Source of the DNA: Flectonema sp. DT1601
Taxonomy: Eukaryota
Reading direction: 5' to 3'
DNA length: 64,000 nt
NCBI GenBank assembly: GCA_964019425.1
Contig: OZ025793.1
Location: 248,001-312,000, forward strand
Part shown: piece after piece, positions 41,447 through 52,511 of the stretch
Layout: each line of letters begins with the position of its first letter
Position numbering within the stretch: position 1 is the stretch's first letter
Translations under genes and position numbers: made by a program
Notes under the pieces: generated by a model
What the model was told of the DNA's origin: nothing
Database searches by the model: none
What the model saw: the letters and a program-made list of their open reading frames with translations, nothing else

Positions 41447-43273
41447 CTACTGTTGCTTCTTCTTCACAACCTTCTTCTTAGCAGATTTTTTAGCTGATGG
41501 CTTACTTGATTTTGCGTCAGGTTTTGGGCGCTTCACACTCTGCTCCTCTGGCTGATCATCAGATTTTCTGTTTTTGTTTTGTGAATTCTGTTTTTTTGAA
41601 GACAGAGAAAAAAGAAGAAATAAAAACAATTCACTGATCAGGTCATACCTTTTGATCTTCGCAGCAGCTGCAGCAATTCTCTCATCCAAAGCAGACTGAA
41701 GGGCTCCAGTAGCAGTTTTGTTTAATTTAATAGAGCGAGTGGTCTTCACGTAATGAAGTAATTCTGTGATGACTCTACGAGAGAATGTGTTTTGAATCAT
41801 ATTATCTAAATCAGCCAAAATAGTTGTCACCAGTGCTGGTACGATTGATGAAAGGATAGCAGCGTGCTTCTCCTTCGGGTGCTTGGCGCAGATTTTCTTT
41901 TGCTCCTTTACGTACGATTTGCTAAGTGCTTCCATGTGGAACGGTTCATCACCCACTTTCCATAAATTATCAAAGTGGTTGAAAGTAAAATATTTCTTTT
42001 TTCTCTCAGGATCCGGGGTAAGTAAATGCAACAGTGGAAGTGTTCCCTGTGGGTCAGTTAGAAGATCAGCCGCAGCCTCTGTTACTTCCTTTCCGATTAC
42101 TTTGATAATCATCTCTGTGTCGTCAACTATGTCAAATATTTTTGCAACAAAAAGAGAAGTCGATTTAGCGCAGCACATATCGACGACGGAATTCTGAAAC
42201 GATTTGACGATCGAACGTTTTAATCTTTTCGGTGAGTGTGAAACGATTAAAGCTGCTGCTGCTGCTCCTGGTTTTGTTCTACAGATGTTGACAACACCTT
42301 CGTGAATGTCTTCTAAGAAATCTGTTATTTCGAATTCAGTACCAAACAGAAGTATAGTCTCTAATAAGCGATGCATAATCACGTTGTCAAAGGAACCCTT
42401 TGTGACTGACGGAGAGACAATTCTGAATAGTCTCTCAATTATCATTTTGTATTCCAAACTTTCTGGTTTCAGTGATTTTAAAATTTCATTCAATTTTGGA
42501 TATCCTTCGTAACTCTTCATGTCGATACCATCAAAGAATGAAAGCATCAATTTATTTTGGTTGTCAGAGTTAAGCTTGTTATATAAGTGTTCTAAAACTA
42601 ATAAAGCATTTTTGTGTGTTATGATTTTGTGTCCAGCCTTCTTAAGCTCGTCAAGGATAGCAGTTTTTAAATCTTGCGTACAATATTCAACTAAAGACTT
42701 AGCAAACTGATTACTGTGTTTGTTAAGACAGAGATCAGCAATGTGTCCTTTGACTCTGTTGAAGACTTCATGTGCTGTTGTTGGTCCTCCCCACTTTAGT
42801 AAGGCTTGAAAGATTCTCGACATGTCTGGGCGTCTTACGTCTTCTAGGAAGGTGTCTTTGGTGAATTCTAAAATCTGCTCGATCGCTTTTTGTTTTTCAG
42901 GTTTTGTTTTACTCTTCTCTCTGAGAGTTTCCCAAAGCTGCATTAAATCACCGGATTCACCAAGCATTTTTAATCTGTGTTTTTCATCTGCGTTTAAAAC
43001 TCTTTTTTGAGAAATTTTTTTCAATAATTCTCTTCCTTTCTTATCGCTCTGAAGGTCCTTCTTATCAATTTCTTTTTGTTTTCCTTTCCATGCAATTTTA
43101 ATAGTGCTCCCGTCACCCTGAATGTCAACTTTTTGATTTAATTCTTTGTTCTTTGTTTGTTGTTTTAATTTTTTCTTCAAGAACTCAGTCTTTCGATCTT
43201 TCAAAACCTTTTTTCCCTGTTTGAAGACTTTCTTCACTGGGCGATTGGCGTTTGGTTTTCCTTGTTTAGCCAT
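41447..43273 (-). CDS. PUF6: Puf6/PUM3 (Puf-A)-like pumilio-repeat nucleolar protein; predicted 81-nt intron at 41648-41568
   Basis: Lys-rich N-terminus, LWETLR, SRIFQALLKWG, and CPL-like FDIVDDT..G.LPLLHLL. The likely start is MAKQGK at 43273. Confidence 0.88.
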   Translation of the reverse strand: MAKQGKPNANRPVKKVFKQGKKVLKDRKTEFLKKKLKQQTKNKELNQKVDIQGDGSTIKIAWKGKQKEIDKKDLQSDKKGRELLKKISQKRVLNADEKHRLKMLGESGDLMQLWETLREKSKTKPEKQKAIEQILEFTKDTFLEDVRRPDMSRIFQALLKWGGPTTAHEVFNRVKGHIADLCLNKHSNQFAKSLVEYCTQDLKTAILDELKKAGHKIITHKNALLVLEHLYNKLNSDNQNKLMLSFFDGIDMKSYEGYPKLNEILKSLKPESLEYKMIIERLFRIVSPSVTKGSFDNVIMHRLLETILLFGTEFEITDFLEDIHEGVVNICRTKPGAAAAALIVSHSPKRLKRSIVKSFQNSVVDMCCAKSTSLFVAKIFDIVDDTEMIIKVIGKEVTEAAADLLTDPQGTLPLLHLLTPDPERKKKYFTFNHFDNLWKVGDEPFHMEALSKSYVKEQKKICAKHPKEKHAAILSSIVPALVTTILADLDNMIQNTFSRRVITELLHYVKTTRSIKLNKTATGALQSALDERIAAAAAKIKRYDLISELFLFLLFSLSSKKQNSQNKNRKSDDQPEEQSVKRPKPDAKSSKPSAKKSAKKKVVKKKQQ

Positions 43274-44522
43274 TTTTTTGTTTGCAGATAATACCTTTAC
43301 TGAAAAAGTACACTCAAAAAGGGTAAATTGATGAATCAAACAAGAACAGTAATTATAGTTCAGCTAACCTCCTACAGGTTGTAGTCTGTTACAACAAGAT
43401 TAAAGAAATGAGGGGGGTGCTGCTTAATAATATAACGTCAGCATTTTTTTTTCGTACTAATTCAAACGATGCATTGTCATTGTGAGTTGCCTTTAGGGAA
43501 AAAAAAGAATATATAAAAAAAATAATAAAATCACAATCCTTTCCGAACATCAAAACCATGTTTTAAATGAGGTTTCACAAACGTTCGGTTGTGTGGTAGG
43601 CTTCAAACCAAACAGACAATTGATTTTTTTTTGTTTGCTTGTTTGCTTTGATGCCAACTTTACAAAGTTGGGTGAAGATTCTAACAAGAACGATACAAAC
43701 TCAGTCTGAATCCCAAAAAAAGAAAAAAGAATTTCTTCCTTTTTTTGGGGGGGTACAACAACTGAATGATTTCAGACTGTTGGAAGAATCATTTTTAAAA
43801 AAAAAATACAAAAAAAAAAAAAGAACATCAGTCAGATTGCAATGCATTAAAACGGTGATCAACGGCAGGCTTTACCAACTCCTAAGAAGCGCAGAAGGTA
43901 ATAAACAAAAAGGAAGCAAGAAATAGAAATGAGAAAACAAAAACCATTCAGATTAGCCTCTTGATTGAATGCAGACAGAAATCCTGTCGCATCGGGAGAG
44001 AAGTTACTACAATCAGAAATATCGGCTTTCAATCTGAATAGTTTCTTTTCTCCGAAATGGCATAATCAACAGAGACATTTTATACATGCGCGATACACTG
44101 AAGGGTATCGGCTTATAAAATTAACCCCGTGGAATTAAAAGTAAGGAGCACATCGTATGAAAATGTTCAGCAGACCTCTTTTCAAAGTATTACAACCGAG
44201 GAACGCAACTACAATACACGACTGTAGTCATATGTATCCACACTCAGAAAGACAAATTGAAAACCGTTTTAATAAAAGGTAAGTGATTATAACATCAGAC
44301 AGGGATTCCTTCTAATGGAAAGTAAACTAAAAACACACAAAAATGTAATTTTAAATAATAACAATTGAGATTATTGCGTCAATGAACGTTCGTCGAAAAT
44401 GTTGTTCTTCTCGAAAGAAAACCAGAGCAGAAGAACACACCCAGTAAACGATGAGGGACGCAGGTGATCTCCTCAACGATAACATTTGCTTTGATTAATA
44501 TCAACAGACAACACAACACAAT

Positions 44523-45743
44523 CTACGAGGTTATTGGAACACTTGAGTGCGGAACACCTGCCTGAGTTAATTCCAACACATACACCAGGTAAACAGAATA
44601 CAACGGCACTGCACATAAATACTGAAAGAAATACGTCGAAGCGAGAGGAACTGGATTGATCCCCAACTTACTACACATAACTGTAATATTATTAGCAGTT
44701 GGAGAACAGGCCTCAACAAGAATAACTAACATGACACAAGGATCTGGAGAGAAGAATGGACCACAAACTGTTCTGACAAACAATAATGCAACAAGAGGAA
44801 TACACATTAATCTTATTATAATCAATGAAACAATACAAGGCATAGGCAACGATTCACCAGAACCATCAACACTAAAGAACATCGTTGATCCAAGAATAGT
44901 CATCACGAGAGGTACAGCAGCATCTCCAATTCGACTTATTGACGTGTGAGACCATTTTAAAGACGCATCACTAGCTGCGAAGTTTCTGTGAATAAACGGC
45001 GTCAGACCACAAAACAATCCCAACATAATAGCGACCAAAGGAGGATTTATCGATTGCCGTAAAGCAACTGCAGTCTTACCAAACCACAAACTGTTATTTA
45101 ATGTTTCTAATAATAAAGTTCTCGGAGATGAATTAGGAGGAACAGGGCAAGGACTGCTATATAAAATATTATCTGGTTTTACACTTGAGCGTTTTGTTGC
45201 GAGTAAAGGTGCGAGCTCATCATTTCTCTCTGCGTCTTCTTTGAAACGTACTTCAGTCTCACTTTGTAACCAGTTATATAATCCTAACCATGTAATCAGA
45301 TGAATTGAAATAACATATAAAGAAATGTAACGAACACAATCCATCCATTGACTTGCTGGTACTAAAGCAGATGTCAAAACAAGAGGAAGACCTTGTGAAT
45401 TTCCAACAGTACAAGCAGCTTGGAAAAGTCTTGATGTCTCAGTTGTTAAATAATTCTTTAAAAACGTCTTTCTCGCGATATATCCCAAAAGCATTCCCGT
45501 AGAGCAACATAACACCGCAGCGACTGGTAAGACAGAAGCATTGGATAGAACTCGCCAATTAACCCCAGCAGAAAGGTTTGAGAACACTAAAGCAGGTGTA
45601 AAAACACCAGTTACCAGACCAGACATTATTTTCAAATCGGGCCTCTTAACAATCCCTCGATAAGCAGCCATACACCCAGCCAATACTAGTATCGACATTT
45701 GTCCAACCGCTTGTAGTGCTTTCACACTGGGACTACTGTCCAT
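44523..45743 (-). CDS. Auxin efflux carrier family (PILS-like) membrane transporter
   Basis: About 10 TMs with a central loop. Motifs VFTPALVFSNL, GNSQGLPL, NPPLVA, IGDAAVPL..LG, IRL..P and SPTANN. Confidence 0.9.
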   Translation of the reverse strand: MDSSPSVKALQAVGQMSILVLAGCMAAYRGIVKRPDLKIMSGLVTGVFTPALVFSNLSAGVNWRVLSNASVLPVAAVLCCSTGMLLGYIARKTFLKNYLTTETSRLFQAACTVGNSQGLPLVLTSALVPASQWMDCVRYISLYVISIHLITWLGLYNWLQSETEVRFKEDAERNDELAPLLATKRSSVKPDNILYSSPCPVPPNSSPRTLLLETLNNSLWFGKTAVALRQSINPPLVAIMLGLFCGLTPFIHRNFAASDASLKWSHTSISRIGDAAVPLVMTILGSTMFFSVDGSGESLPMPCIVSLIIIRLMCIPLVALLFVRTVCGPFFSPDPCVMLVILVEACSPTANNITVMCSKLGINPVPLASTYFFQYLCAVPLYSVYLVYVLELTQAGVPHSSVPITS

Positions 45744-45933
45744 TTTATGTTATTGTTTTTTTACAGTTACTTTATTAAAAGAAAATTTAATGTTGTTCTT
45801 TATCACAAAACCCGAAATTTAATTTAATTCGTTCGTTCAATTGTTAAGAACTACAACCAAACAGATAAAGAGAAAAAAAAAATGTGTAAATATTGATGTC
45901 AACGGAAGTTGTCTCCGAGATGAGTTTCTTATC

Positions 45934-46728
45934 TCACAGAAGTATTAAAAAGTATGAAAGTAGTGCAGTGAGTCCAAGAGAAAGGGTTTGTGAAGCGCAC
46001 TCAAAGCAGGGAGTGTCTTCCCATCTGAAATTTGTATTGATGGAATCGTCAACTATAACAAACTTGAAATCTGGAAGACTTGGAGGAGGAGTAGCTTCAA
46101 GTAACGCTGAAGCAGCCTCTATCCAAGTTCCAGTAAAAAACCGTGAAGGGATTACAATATTATCACCACATTGATAAGGAAGCCATCCACTAAGGACTGG
46201 TTCAGATGACGACACGTTTCTCGTTAAGAGCTGCTTAGTTTCTGAACATCGATTTGGTAATTTCAATCCACACTTATCATATTTAACACCACCGGGTAAG
46301 TCTTCAGCTGACCATACTTTCTTTGCGAAGCTCTGACAAACTCTCCAAGTCCACACATGTGGTGATGCTGGATCTGGTTTTATTCCATTTCTCTCATCCC
46401 CAACTGATGTTCTAAATCTATAACTCGGCTCACTGGGGTCACATGCTAAACAAAACCAACTTTTCAAATGAACATACGTTTCCATTATTAGCGTCTTCGC
46501 AAACGAACAGCTGATCCCAAGACTCATTAAATTCGCAAACCTCTCGTGAATCACTTCGTCAGTACCTTCAAGACAACAACTCAACCCATTGTATCGTGAG
46601 CAGAATGACAAGTCTGCTGCCTCTTTCACACTCCTCGATATGCACTCATCTGCGCTGTATTCTCTCATGTCCACATGAGATGTGTTGGTAGTACAAAATA
46701 ACACAAACAGCGCTAAGAAACCTCTCAT
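45934..46728 (-). CDS. Secreted, probably GPI-anchored protein with a folate-receptor-like Cys-rich domain
   Basis: Signal peptide; FCSRYNGLSCC..C..FCLACDP..RVCQSFAKKVW; hydrophobic C-terminal tail. Confidence 0.8.
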   Translation of the reverse strand: MRGFLALFVLFCTTNTSHVDMREYSADECISRSVKEAADLSFCSRYNGLSCCLEGTDEVIHERFANLMSLGISCSFAKTLIMETYVHLKSWFCLACDPSEPSYRFRTSVGDERNGIKPDPASPHVWTWRVCQSFAKKVWSAEDLPGGVKYDKCGLKLPNRCSETKQLLTRNVSSSEPVLSGWLPYQCGDNIVIPSRFFTGTWIEAASALLEATPPPSLPDFKFVIVDDSINTNFRWEDTPCFECASQTLSLGLTALLSYFLILL

Positions 46729-47751
46729 TCAAAATAACAAAGTTTCGTGAAACTACTGAAAAGAATAAAACATTTTACAATACACATTACCACTCTCCTC
46801 TAAAACAAACAGTATTTCGTAGAGAAAGCGTGTGACTTCATTTTCTTCTTGGCGGAGCAAACTGTCTTGAAAAAGTACGGTTGTCGGACACCGGAAAATG
46901 ATGAAACGAAAAAATAAACAGCGCACGCAGCTCGTACCTCTCTTCACCCTCTTCAAGAGCAGAACAGAAGACCCCATTTTCGCGGGAAGCACCACTCGCC
47001 CCATCTCATCTAGACAAAAAAAAAAACGATCACCGCGCGAACGCAGATATCATCATCGTTCCGTCCAGGAAGAGAGATTGAGAGAGAGGGAGAGTGTACT
47101 TTACCAGAGGGCAACAAACTCACAGCGTAGTGGACAAGCTCATGCTTGCGCAACGAATCGTGACAAAGAGAGGAATTACTTGGAAAAAGAAAAAAGAAAG
47201 GAGAGGACAGTGGGGGGCCGCGATGCGCATTCGGACTCCCGATAGGTGTAGTTAAAAATTAAAAACAAACAAAAAGATATGGGAAAAGAAAACATCGGAA
47301 AACAGGAATCTATCCATGAGGTATTAAGGAAGTATGTTAATGAAAATAATTTTACCGACGCTGCCCTTCAACTTATTAATCTTATTGACTATGGACTGCT
47401 TATTGAATTATTCACAAAAACTATCGAGTGAACAAGTCGAAGACTTTGTAGTTTTTATTATCATTCCGATAGAGGAGGGGAGTAGTAGCATCCATTCACT
47501 TACTTTTGAACGACAACAAGTTTATTTCATTTTACAAGACGAACCGAGGAGCGAGAAAACGAAAACCACCAACCAACCAACCAACCAAGGGGCGGCGGCA
47601 TCCCAATTCTCACGCACGGATGGAATCGACTTCCTTGCTGACGAGTTCGGTCTCTGACTAGATGACTTTACGGAAAAGCAGGTGATGGAAGGTACTAAAA
47701 CAATCAAGAATAGAGGCATATATGAGGTGATGATAAGTGTCGTGCGGTCGA

Positions 47752-48480
47752 TTACGGAGCTGACACTGCCGGCGTTGGTGGAAGTGGAAGCTGCGTGGCA
47801 TCAGCGCAGTTCTTCGAACAAGTGGACTCCTGGTGTGGACCCGATGGGTCTCGTTTACCACCACCACCAACAACAACGATCTGCTTTCCATCGCAAACCG
47901 GGTTGGTCTCTCCTGGGGACAAATTCCTAGTAAAGACACCGACATACTTCCCAACCTTGGCCGGGCACACGATCTCTTCGGTTCTTCCAAGCGTGTGATG
48001 CAAGGTCTTGTAGTACACCAACATCGGATGGCTTGCCCCGCTGTTCTGGAACTTCGGCCCGCAGCTGCGAACTTCCCATCCGTTGTTCACGAGACCATCG
48101 AATCCTCCGTTGATGTCCCCCGAGCAACCAGGGCAGTGGTAGGTTACGATGTAGAAGACGCATTTGGCAGCGCAGGGGCATTCCAGCTTGATCGTGTCTC
48201 CGGTGCACGTGTCCCCGAAGATTCCCGAGGTCGGGACTCCAGGTGTCCCCAGATCCTGCGCGAAATCGTAGTACTTGCTCTGCGGGTGATTGCGCAAGAA
48301 ATCGGGCACCATAGTAAGCGGGCTGTGCGATCCCCCAACAGTCAACGACGGCAAAGTGGGAAAGGTTGACACTTTTGCGACTGACAACCCGTTGAGAAAC
48401 ACGCTAGGGGTACACGCGCTCTGGGCTCCTCCCAGCATTCCCACCAATATCATTGACAACAAGGCTGCGTGTGCTTTCAT
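47752..48480 (-). CDS. Secreted Cys-containing hypothetical protein, copy 1 (GC-rich)
   Basis: 242-aa ATG ORF with signal peptide MKAHAALLSMILVGMLGGAQSA. An upstream tactttttctcaacAG acceptor-like site is present. Confidence 0.85.
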   Translation of the reverse strand: MKAHAALLSMILVGMLGGAQSACTPSVFLNGLSVAKVSTFPTLPSLTVGGSHSPLTMVPDFLRNHPQSKYYDFAQDLGTPGVPTSGIFGDTCTGDTIKLECPCAAKCVFYIVTYHCPGCSGDINGGFDGLVNNGWEVRSCGPKFQNSGASHPMLVYYKTLHHTLGRTEEIVCPAKVGKYVGVFTRNLSPGETNPVCDGKQIVVVGGGGKRDPSGPHQESTCSKNCADATQLPLPPTPAVSAP

Positions 48481-48654
48481 TTTCCTCTTGGTAAATTAAA
48501 CTGTTGAGAAAAAGTACGGTAGTCGGACAAGGAAACGCAAAAAGAAACGGGTGCACACTTTCACCTTCAAGAGCAGAACCCCTCCTTTGTGAGAGGCATC
48601 ACTCACCGCATCTTATATCCTGAAGATAGTGCGGGGACGCAATGGAAAGAAACA

Positions 48655-50400
48655 AGTAGCCCACCACATCCTGCCAAGTAAGTCCATTTGCTGTTAAAGG
48701 AGGCATTAGTATAGAATAAAGGACAAAACAAGTGATTGGAATCTTGGAACAAAGGGAGTATCCTGACTACTGCACTGAAGTGGCAACAGCCAGGGCTGAG
48801 GAGTTCCTCTTCTCAAAACAAGGCAGAGATTGGTTTTCATGACTCTCGCAACCCTCCAACGCCTCTCAGAGATGTCTTCCCGACGAGAAGGGTTAATTAA
48901 AAGTTGCTCTTTTCGCTTACATTACAGATTGCTATCACAAAAGCAAGTGAGTGTACGACACGCAGGCAGATGGCGACAGAAAGCATACAAACGACTACAA
49001 TGAAGTTGGGAATAACAGAAAGCTCAGAGAATGTCAACGCTGTGTAGAATTAAGAAAGTATCCGCAACACCCTTTTCGGGATTCGGAGTCCAGTGCCCTG
49101 GTATAATTCTATCATCATAGCAACAGGAAGATTAAAACAAGTGATTGGAATCTTGGAACAAAGGGAGTATCCTGACTACTGCACTGAAGTGGCAACAGCC
49201 AGGGCTGAGGAGTTCCTCCCCCTCAAAACAAGGCAGAGATTGGTTTTCATGACTCTCGCAACCCTCCAACGCCTCTCAGAGATGTCTTCCCGACGAGAAG
49301 GGTTAATTAAAAGTTGCTCTTTGTTTGTTTTTTCTTCTTTCCATATATTCAGGAATGATCTCCGAAGTGTTTCCCGCTGGAGAGAATACTTTCAACTCAA
49401 CCCAGCAGAATTGCACTCCGTTCTACACGTGAACAGCAGTTTCTCGCAAACTCGACCAGACGAGAATCAAATAATAATATGATCTTTGACAACAGAGAGA
49501 GACCTCTGCAGCACAACAACAGCTGCAGGTCCTTGGGAGCCGTCACTACGAAAACAGGTTTCAGAGAGAGAGAGAGAGTGTGTGTGTGTGTGTGTGTTAT
49601 TTGATGAAAGAGTATGTAGGATCACACCAAGGCACAGTAAACACATTTCAGAATAGTGTAGATGTGCTGGTTAAATGTGATTCTTACTTTGCTATTGCGC
49701 GGTTGATAATACTGTTGAATTGAGATCGGGCTCAGTGCAATCAGCCTGTCCAGCGCGTTTATTCAATCATGAGATTCGTGAAACTTTTACACCTCAGTTT
49801 ATGACATCACACAAGTTACGCGAGACATCGTCCCCTTACATTAATTATAATATACGAGAACTAAACCACAGGAATCTAGGACCTCCTTACGATGCGTTAT
49901 GAAATTAGTAGTCCACCACATCCTGCCAAGTAAGTCCATTTACTGTTGAAGGAGGCATTAGTATAGAATAAAGGACAAAACAAGTGATTGGAATCTTGGA
50001 ACAAAGGGAGTATCCCGACTACTGCACTGAAGTGGCAACAGCCAGGGCTGAGGAGTTCCTCCTCCTCAAAACAAGGCAGAGATTGGTTTTGAGATTGGTT
50101 TTCATGACTCTCGCAACCCTCCAACGCCTCTCAGAGATGTCTTCCCGACGAGAAGGGTTAATTAAAAGTTGCTCTTTGTTTCTTTCCATATATTCAGGAA
50201 TGATCTCCGAAGTGTTTCCCGCTGGAGAGAATACTTTCAACTCAACCCAGCAGAATTGCACTCCGTTCTACACGTGAACAGCAGTTTCTCGCAAACTCGA
50301 CCAGACGAGAATCAAATAATAATATGATCTTTGACAACAGAGAGAGACCTCTGCAGCACAACAACAGCGGCAGGTCCTTGGGAGCCGTCACTACGAAAAC
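48655..50400 (-). repeat. snoRNA cluster 3a; recurs at 52686-54431 and, truncated, at 56717-58222
   Basis: Same modules as clusters 1 and 2. It begins with only the 5' half of HA-5. Confidence 0.9.
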
Positions 50401-50423
50401 AAAGCGTCTTTGCAAATCCCAAG

Positions 50424-50630
50424 AATTCGCAAACTCTTGTGAATCACTTCGTCAGTACCTTCAAGACAACAACTCAACCCATTGTATCGTGAGCAGAATG
50501 ACAAGTCTGCTGCCTCTTTCACACTCCTCGATATGCACTCATCTGCGCTGTATTCTCTCATGTCCACATGAGATGTGTTGGTAGTACAAAATAACACAAA
50601 CAGCGCTAAGCTAAGAAACTTCTCATTCAA
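50424..50630 (-). pseudogene. 5' fragment of the folate-receptor-like gene, truncated by the snoRNA cluster
   Basis: Matches codons ~5-65 of 45934..46728 (LALFVLF..EGTDEVIH), then diverges. There is a small duplication near the start. Confidence 0.85.
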
Positions 50631-51782
50631 AATAACAAAGTTTCGTGAAACTACTGAAAAGAATAAAACATTTTACAATACACATTATCACTCTCCTCTA
50701 AAACAAAAAGTATTTCGTAGAGAAAGCGTGTGACTTCATTTTCTTCTTGGCGGAGCAAACTGTCGTGAAAAAGTACGGTTGTCGGACACGGGAAAATGAT
50801 GAAACGAAAAAATAAACAGCGCACACAGAGAGCAGAAGACCCCTCTTTCGCGGGAAGCACCACTCGCCCCATCTTATCTGGACACAAAAAACGATCACCG
50901 CGCGAACGCGGATGAAGATTTCATCATTGTTCCGTCCAGGGAGAGAGATTGAGAGAGAGGGAGAGTGTACTTTACCAGAGGGCAACAAACTCACAGCGTA
51001 GTGGACAAGCTCATGCTTGCGCAACGAATCGTGACAAAAAGAGGAATTGCTTGGACAAAGAAAATTGGTTTTATCTTACACAGAAAATTGTACTATACAC
51101 TGTGATGGTTTGTTTGTGCACGAAACCGTGAACCGACTTAAACTGACAAAGCTAAAAGAGGTTTACGTGTGCTGCCAACATTCTTCTTCTTTCTTGCATT
51201 ACTTGTTGAATGCAAAAAAGAAAAAAGAAAGGAGAGGACAGTGGGGGGCCGCGATGCGCATTCGGACTCCCGATAGGTGTAGTTAAAAATTAAAAACAAA
51301 CAAAAAGATATGGGAAAAGAAAACATCGGAAAACAGGAATCTATCCATGAGGTATTAAGGAAGTATGTTAATGAAAATAATTTTACCGACGCTGCCCTTC
51401 AACTTATTAATCTTATTGACTATGGACTGCTTATTGAATTATTCACAAAAACTATCGAGTGAACAAGTCGAAGACTTTGTAGTTTTTATTATCATTCCGA
51501 TAGAGGAGGGGAGTAGTAGCATCCATTCACTTACTTTTGAACGACAACAAGTTTATTTCATTTTACAAGACGAACCGAGGAGCGAGAAAACGAAAACCAC
51601 CAACCAACCAACCAACCAAGGGGCGGCGGCATCCCAATTCTCACGCACGGATGGAATCGACTTCCTTGCTGACGAGTTCGGTCTCTGACTAGATGACTTT
51701 ACGGAAAAGCAGGTGATGGAAGGTACTAAAACAATCAAGAATAGAGGCATATATGAGGTGATGATAAGTGTCGTGCGGTCGA

Positions 51783-52511
51783 TTACGGAGCTGACACTGC
51801 CGGCGTTGGTGGAAGTGGAAGCTGCGTGGCATCAGCGCAGTTCTTCGAACAAGTGGACTCCTGGTGTGGACCCGATGGGTCTCGTTTACCACCACCACCA
51901 ACAACAACGATCTGCTTTCCATCGCAAACCGGGTTGGTCTCTCCTGGGGACAAATTCCTAGTAAAGACACCGACATACTTCCCAACCTTGGCCGGGCACA
52001 CGATCTCTTCGGTTCTTCCAAGCGTGTGATGCAAGGTCTTGTAGTACACCAACATCGGATGGCTTGCCCCGCTGTTCTGGAACTTCGGCCCGCAGCTGCG
52101 AACTTCCCATCCGTTGTTCACGAGACCATCGAATCCTCCGTTGATGTCCCCCGAGCAACCAGGGCAGTGGTAGGTTACGATGTAGAAGACGCATTTGGCA
52201 GCGCAGGGGCATTCCAGCTTGATCGTGTCTCCGGTGCACGTGTCCCCGAAGATTCCCGAGGTCGGGACTCCAGGTGTCCCCAGATCCTGCGCGAAATCGT
52301 AGTACTTGCTCTGCGGGTGATTGCGCAAGAAATCGGGCACCATAGTAAGCGGGCTGTGCGATCCCCCAACAGTCAACGACGGCAAAGTGGGAAAGGTTGA
52401 CACTTTTGCGACTGACAACCCGTTGAGAAACACGCTAGGGGTACACGCGCTCTGGGCTCCTCCCAGCATTCCCACCAATATCATTGACAACAAGGCTGCG
52501 TGTGCTTTCAT
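51783..52511 (-). CDS. Secreted hypothetical protein, copy 2
   Basis: Translation identical to 47752..48480. Confidence 0.85.
   Translation of the reverse strand: MKAHAALLSMILVGMLGGAQSACTPSVFLNGLSVAKVSTFPTLPSLTVGGSHSPLTMVPDFLRNHPQSKYYDFAQDLGTPGVPTSGIFGDTCTGDTIKLECPCAAKCVFYIVTYHCPGCSGDINGGFDGLVNNGWEVRSCGPKFQNSGASHPMLVYYKTLHHTLGRTEEIVCPAKVGKYVGVFTRNLSPGETNPVCDGKQIVVVGGGGKRDPSGPHQESTCSKNCADATQLPLPPTPAVSAP

Noticed and set aside
43945..44041. Short inverted repeat ATTCAGATT...AATCTGAAT as a MITE or ncRNA
   Set aside because: Only about 9 bp, single copy, with no target-site duplication or box C.
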